From positions 13,878,722 through 13,942,721 of the forward strand of contig OZ037766.1 of NCBI GenBank assembly GCA_964035545.1: 64,000 nucleotides of DNA, written 5' to 3'. The notes beneath the pieces were generated by a model, which saw only the letters and a program-made list of their open reading frames with translations, made no database searches and was not told where the DNA came from. Each line of letters opens with the position of its first letter. Positions within the stretch are counted from its first letter, which is position 1. Positions 57,001 through 64,000 of this stretch are shown piece by piece. This DNA comes from Bugula neritina. Its lineage: Eukaryota; Animalia; Bryozoa. Position numbers and translations under genes: made by a program.

Positions 57001-60000
57001 GGACATTTTGCACAATTTAGTTTTTTGGGCCTGGAAGTTGTAATCAAAAGAGCTATTTAAATGGTGTTATAGCGAAGTTCAGTGATATTTTCCCTTTGGG
57101 AGTCATTATGCTAGCTATTTAAAATACTATGCAGGGTTATAACGCATTTATATAATTTGCTTGACCTTTTGTTTTTGGGAGTTGTCTATATAATATCATG
57201 CATTTCATTGAGTTTCGGAGGTTTAGCTTTCAATTCGTCTTTATACGGTTTCTTGAAAATTCTAGCCTGCAGTTTTACTGAATAACATCATGTGTGCAGG
57301 CACGCTATTGCATTTTTTCTCAAAGTAGCACATAGACAACTTATATAAATTGTCATAGTAATTGTTTGCTTCCAATTATGCCAAAGTTTTAGAACTGTAC
57401 AATGGTTAGCTCTTAGAATCTCAAAATTAAAATCCCAAGTCTGCAGCAACATATAGAAAATACTAGAATATTGCTTCTAGTTGTTGCTGAATATGCACAG
57501 TTGTTTTATGAGCTAATCTTAGCAATTCCCAATGTAAAATGATAGTTTGACGTTGCCATATTTTTCAAAGCTATGTTATTTGCATCTTAAATTTTTGTCC
57601 TTATTTCCAACTCTCTTCACAGTTGGGCTTGGTTTATTTAGTAATATTTTATGATTTCTAATCAATAAAAACTTATTTGGTATTTTTTATATTTTAGCGA
57701 GCATGCATTCATTCTCAACAACACCCAAATCACGTTTTCCTTCCACCACTGTGCAGAAGCTGTTGAGTACTACTTCTAGCTCTATCGAATCTTTTCACTC
57801 TGAGACTTCTAGCTTATACATCGGCTCTACCAGCGTACCCTCCACTCAAGTGCCTTTGACTTCATCTTCGCAATTCCCTCAGTCTATAGATTCAACCAAA
57901 TCTGACACAACTACCACCAACAGCACCTTTTCTACTACCATGGAATCTCCCCCTTCTGTTTCTAATTTGTCTCTGACTACTACACCTTCATCTATTACTA
58001 CAACACCTTCATCTATTACTACTACACCTTCATCTACCTCTACTACACCTTCATCTATTACTACTACACCTTCATCTATTACTACTACACCTTCATCTAT
58101 TACTACAACACCTTCATCTATTACTACTACACCTTCATCTATTACTACTACACCTTCATCTACCTCTACTACACCTTCATCTACCTCTACTACACCTTCA
58201 TCTATTACTACTACACCTTCATCTATTACTACTACACCTTCATCTATTACTACTACACCTTCATCTATTACTACTACACCTTCATCTATTACTACTACAC
58301 CTTCATCTATTACTACTACACCTTCATCTACCTCTACTACACCTTCATCTACCTCTACTACACCTTCATCTACCTCTACTACACCTTCATCTATTACTAC
58401 TACACCTTCATCTATTACTACTACACCTTCATCTATTACTACTACACCTTCATCTATTACTACTACACCTTCATCTATTACTACTACACCTTCATCTACC
58501 TCTACTACACCTTCATCTACCTCTACTACACCTTCATCTATTACTACTACACCTTCATCTATTACTACTACACCTTCATCTATTACTACTACACCTTCAT
58601 CTATTACTACTACACCTTCATCTACCTCTACTACACCTTCATCTACCTCTACTACACCTTCATCTATTACTACTACACCTTCATCTATTACTACTACACC
58701 TTCATCTATTACTACTACATCTTCATCTATTACTACTACACCTTCATCTATTACTACTACACCTTCATCTACCTCTACTACACCTTCATCTACCTCTACT
58801 ACACCTTCATCTATTACTACTACACCTTCATCTATTACTACTACACCTTCATCTATTACTACTACACCTTCATCTATTACTACTACACCTTCATCTATTA
58901 CTACTACACCTTCATCTATTACTACTACACCTTCATCTATTACTACTACACCTTCATCTATTACTACTACACCTTCATCTACCTCTACTACACCTTCATC
59001 TACCTCTACTACACCTTCATCTACCTCTACTACACCTTCATCTATTACTACTACACCTTCATCTATTACTACTACACCTTCATCTATTACTACTACACCT
59101 TCATCTATTACTACTACACCTTCATCTATTACTACTACACCTTCATCTACCTCTACTACACCTTCATCTACCTCTACTACACCTTCATCTATTACTACTA
59201 CACCTTCATCTATTACTACTACACCTTCATCTATTACTACTACACCTTCATCTATTACTACTACACCTTCATCTACCTCTACTACACCTTCATCTACCTC
59301 TACTACACCTTCATCTATTACTACTACACCTTCATCTATTACTACTACACCTTCATCTATTACTACTACATCTTCATCTATTACTACTACACCTTCATCT
59401 ATTACTACTACACCTTCATCTACCTCTACTACACCTTCATCTACCTCTACTACACCTTCATCTATTACTACTACACCTTCATCTATTACTACTACACCTT
59501 CATCTATTACTACTACACCTTCATCTATTACTACTACACCTTCATCTACCTCTACTACACCTTCATCTACCTCTACTACACCTTCATCTACCTCTACTAC
59601 ACCTTCATCTATTACTACTACACCTTCATCTATTACTACTACACCTTCATCTATTACTACTACACCTTCATCTATTACTACTACATCTTCATCTATTACT
59701 ACTACACCTTCATCTACCTCTACTACACCTTCATCTACCTCTACTACACCTTCATCTATTACTACTACACCTTCATCTATTACTACTACACCTTCATCTA
59801 TTACTACTACACCTTCATCTATTACTACTACATCTTCATCTATTACTACTACACCTTCATCTATTACTACTAAAGTTTCGTCACTTTTGAAAAAAACAAA
59901 ATCACCTTCTGAGAGCACCTCGTTATTCTCGAAAAGTATTTATACAGTAGCTTCTAACATTTCTTCAGCCACTCTGCAAGGCACACCTACAGTTTCTCAA

Positions 60001-63000
60001 AACACAGAGCAAGACAGTTTGGCGCTTAATAGTAGTTCTTTTGCTGTCCCAGATGCTGTAGACTCATCATCTACATCTTATTCTACTTTAACTACCACAA
60101 ATATTGATCTATCTGCAATTAGTTCTTCTAAAAGCACTACTACTAACTCAACTTGGAAGTTTTCCACTTCTCTTATAACTTCTACCAGTACTGAAAATTC
60201 ACCCTCAACTTCTGTAGATTTGTTTCCAAATGTTGCAAGTTCATCTCCGGTCTCTATAGCTTCAGTTTCAACTACCAGTGATTCACTGACAATTTCTGTA
60301 AATGTATCACTAGCTACAGAAAACTTATTTTCAACTTTTAAAAGTTCTACTATAAATACCACAAAGCTATCTTCAACTTCTACAAATTCACCTTTAACCT
60401 CTGAACATTTACCATCAGTGACTGCAGCTACGCCTTCAACTGCAACACATTTCACTTCAACTTTCGAAGCTGTCTTTTCAACTATTAACGTTTCAGCTTC
60501 ATCTTCTGTAGATTCTACGCCAACTATTGCAGATTTACCGTCAGTTGAAAGAAACTTCACTGCGGAGCCTACAGAATTACCTTCAACGTCTACTAAAATT
60601 TTACATTCAGGTACTGGAAATGTTACTTCAACACTTGGTTCACCTTTAACTATTGCAGGTTTACTTTCAACCACTACAGAATCACCTTCGTCCGCTACAC
60701 GCTTACCTTCAACTACTGAAAATTTGTCTCCCACTACCATAGAATCACCTTCAACTACTACAGGTTCACCTTCAAATACTTTAGGTTCACCTTCAACTAC
60801 TACAGGTTTACCTTCAACTACTACAGGTTCACCTTTAACTACTTTAGGTTTACCTTCAACTACTTCAGGTTCAACTTCAATTACTACAGGTTCACCTTCA
60901 ACTACTTCAGGTTTACCTTTAGCTACTACAGGTTCACCTTTAACTACTTTAGGTTTACCTTCAACTACTTCAGCTTCACTTTCAATTACTTCAGGTTTAC
61001 CTTTAGCTACTACAGGTTTACCTTTAGCTACAACAAAATCACATTTAACCACTACAAGATCGCTTTCAACTATCACAGAATTACCTTCAATTACTACAGA
61101 ATTGTCTTTAACTGCAAAAGATATTTTGTCTTCGACTCTTACAGATATAACTTTGTTTTCTGAAAAGTCTTCAACTCCTAAAGGTTCACGTTGGTCTACT
61201 GCAACATTCTCTTCAAAGTTGACTGCTGCACAGTCACCTTCTGCAGACAAAGATTCAGTTTCTACCACAACAAGTTTGTCTTGGGATAATACTAGTCCAC
61301 CATCTTCAGTTACTGGAGATTCCCTCTCTTCTAAAGTTGGCTCAACATCAACTACAAAAGACTTGCCTTCAAGCACTGCTAACATTGACATACCTTCTAC
61401 CAGTAGCATTAATTCACCATCAGCTCCTACAGATTTACCATCTACTTCTGGTAGCTCTTCAACTTTAGATTTGCAAGTAACAGCTACCAAGATATCTTCT
61501 AGTGCTCCACCAACCATGGTCACACTGTCCCCAACTGATGCATATTTGGTTTCAACACACTCTCCACCATCCAACTTTACTACCCACAAGTTTTCACCTA
61601 TTACTTCTACACAATCGCAAGTGACTAAAAAGCCATCTGTGTCATTTCATGCCGATACTGCCAAATCTCTTTCTGCTGTTACTGAGGTTCAAACATCACC
61701 TTCAAGCTCAACTATTAATAGTTTGTCTGTCACTAGAAGTTGGCATGTGATTTCCAAGGCTTCGTCATCCATTGTTTCAGATTTTAAACCAACTGCCAAC
61801 ACCACAGACCCATTTATCCGAGGTACAACCTTGCTTATAATAATTAAGGAAACGTATAGTAGTGTTTCAACTGTTTATAACAGATTAAAAATTAATGCTG
61901 ATTTATTGAGATTAAAACTTATTGACTTCATTCTTATTTTATTTCTTTTGCTTTTTGTTTGTCTAGTCAGAGGAAAGGTAATAATATCTATATACTATAT
62001 TGTTACAATACTATACAATGTTAGTATAATTATCGCAACTAAATGTGTTAGCTACCTACCTATTGTTTTTTGCAGAGTAGATGATCAGCTCAGCTTAGCC
62101 TCTTTCAATTGTCTCTATAATTTTCACTTGCAATCTATATAGAGAGTAGAAAATGTCAATTTTGCATAATTTTATAAGTGCATACATCTGTTTTCAGTAT
62201 TACTTTAATTTGGCTTGAATTGCATATATAACTATTACTAACCTAAGCATGGTTCGTGCCAAGGCGAGAAGGACTTTTTACTTATTAGTGTAAACTTAAC
62301 TTATTTCATTTGAAAATTGTAGACTGTTGTAATTAACCCATACCTATTTTATAGAAATGCCAACAATTGTGTAACTTATGACCTAGATTTTAAACTCTTG
62401 CAACGTATATGCAAATGACAAACAAACTGTAAGCCTCTTAGCCCAGCTCAAAGTTCAGCTATACATTTTCACCTAAATCTCTAAACTTTGACTGAAGAAT
62501 TTATTGGCTTGAAAAAGAATGAAGTGCTTTAAACAAATTTTACTTTTTAGCTATTTTTACTGTCAAGCACGTTCCAAAACACAAAATGCTCTGTATTACT
62601 GATCAGTGCTGTTTGTTTAGGTATTAATAAGCATATATTTATTTGTCCACTATATACTCACCGTTCATTTGGTCAACTTGGTGCTATAGTTCTCAAAAAA
62701 AGGTTTAATCAGGACGTTTTACTTCCTTGTATGAATGTTTCTTCTAATGCCATTGTAACTGTAGACAATCTACAGTTGCAATTTGGTTATACAAAAAGGT
62801 GTCATTCCACTTGGACAATTCCCAGTTAGACGATATTTATAGATTTTAGTGTAATATATGTATTTTATGTTATTATTTAGCACATAATAGAAAGCAAAGA
62901 AGCCATCAGTAAGCCACTTACAGTAACAATGCTTCTATAATTAAGAAGCCATCTTGCACAAACCTTAAACTTAAAGGTGAAAAATAGACAAAATATAACA

Positions 63001-63684
63001 AGAAAAAATATCAAGTATGCTTATTAAGTAGTATATTAAAAGAGATTCTAGACAAAAAATGGAACAGTGAAGCTGTAATATAGCAGTATGTGATGTACCA
63101 TGAAATGCATTTGTGCATTTAATTCTGTTATTTTGAATAAAATAAACTGTAGCTAAATTAGTATTGAGTTAAAGCAATTAGCTGGCTTGGTAGCTTATTT
63201 CATGTTTAGCAGTAAATGCAACAGTTATATACGTATATTACTATATATATTGTATCAAAATAAAAAATTGTCTAAGTTGGAACGTCTAAGTGGAGTAAAA
63301 CCTACAACAAAATGGGAAAGCTTTTGTAAAGCTGCATTTTTAAATTTAACTGTATAGCTTATAAATTATTTAAAATACTTGCCCATTCATGATCAATATT
63401 CAACTTGATATTTTTCTCGCAAGATTGGCTTCTATCATGTTTTACAGTTATCATAATAATTGCAGTAAAATCTGAAAAATGATATATAATAATATGCTTG
63501 TTGGCAAACATTTGAAGTATTTGCTTTTATCAAGCAAATTCTGTTGTGCTTTGTTTTCAGCAAGTTTTGTAACATTAAGTTTTTTTGTTACTAGATATTG
63601 ATAAAGCGACAACGCAGAATGGTGAAAATTCGACTAGCAAATTACAATTGGTTACAAAAGACAGCAACTCTTCTATTTTAACAG
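48080..63684 (+). CDS. Large secreted or cell-surface glycoprotein with a mucin-like Ser/Thr/Pro domain; appears to continue beyond the window
   Basis: Signal-peptide-like first coding exon 48080-48186 (MKKNFQGIELPQLLSLLLCMLFTNCKS-ECQFCVC). Further exons at ~49104-49306, 49617-49757, 50040-50192, 50729-50862, 52165-53289, 54581-54810, 55330-55512, 55759-55977, 57698-61822 and 63595-63684. Many N-x-S/T sequons. The exon list is incomplete and I do not recognise the family. Confidence 0.65.
50408..50632. repeat. Intronic minisatellite, 15-bp unit ACTTGAACATGTGCG with 13-bp variants
   Basis: About 15 tandem units directly visible. Confidence 0.92.
57978..59870 (+). repeat. Coding VNTR: about 90 x 21-bp units (TTPSSIT / TTPSSTS)
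   Basis: Near-perfect ACTACACCTTCATCT(ATTACT|ACCTCT) array inside the mucin-like exon. Confidence 0.97.
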
Positions 63685-64000
63685 GTGATTTGCTTTTACA
63701 GAGTGCATGACTGCGCACCTCCTATAGATGTCATGCATGGTATACTTCAACATGCTTGGTCCATCATTACTATGTTTGCAATTGAATTGAAAGTATTTGA
63801 TGTTGGCCCAACAAATTTTATACAGCCATTATTAACTATTATCTAAATGTTTCAAATGATAGATCTACCATACATACAGTATATACAATACACGGCTAAT
63901 ATAAATAAATAGATGACAGGCTGCTATTTGAAAAATGAGTCAACTTTCCTCTTGGTAATGTATCTATTTATGGCATCAAAATTGTTTTGGAAAAGTAACT

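Noticed and set aside
57879-61589. Long antisense ORFs (679 aa and 503 aa, VVIDEG repeats)
   Set aside because: They mirror the stop-free S/T/P repeat exon; no independent evidence.
61823-62142. C-terminal transmembrane segment of the 1479-aa ORF
   Set aside because: It lies after a plausible donor (GAG|GTACAA at 61822) in T-rich intron-like sequence; probably not translated.

Overview
AT-rich, intron-rich metazoan (invertebrate-like) genomic DNA. Five spliced host genes: the 3' part of CCDC60 (+, 37..13723), RFC1 (-, 13969..26824, tail-to-tail with CCDC60), NKAIN (-, 28906..34699), a CTTNBP2NL-like gene (-, 37801..42407), and a large secreted or membrane glycoprotein gene with a 4.1-kb mucin-like exon (+, 48080 to beyond the window). 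Two LTR-type elements sit antisense in consecutive CCDC60 introns. (1) A very young, full-length Ty3/Gypsy element (3975..11415) has identical 305-bp LTRs, an ATAC TSD, a tRNA-Leu PBS and a -1 frameshift signal. In the env position it carries a third ORF with an acidic N-terminus, two zinc fingers and a coiled coil, and its U3 contains a 22-bp palindrome; this may be a self-encoded transactivator system. (2) A 330-bp TRIM (3205..3534) has a Pol III tRNA-like promoter in each LTR, and its PBS is the exact complement of the 5' 12 nt of tRNA-Phe, suggesting unconventional priming. Also present: recurrent 3/6-bp periodic low-complexity tracts beside the 5' ends of four genes, a DRE/CCAAT promoter on RFC1, a LINE remnant, MITE-like inverted repeats and minisatellites. 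Gene names rest on my recall of conserved motifs; no database search was run.
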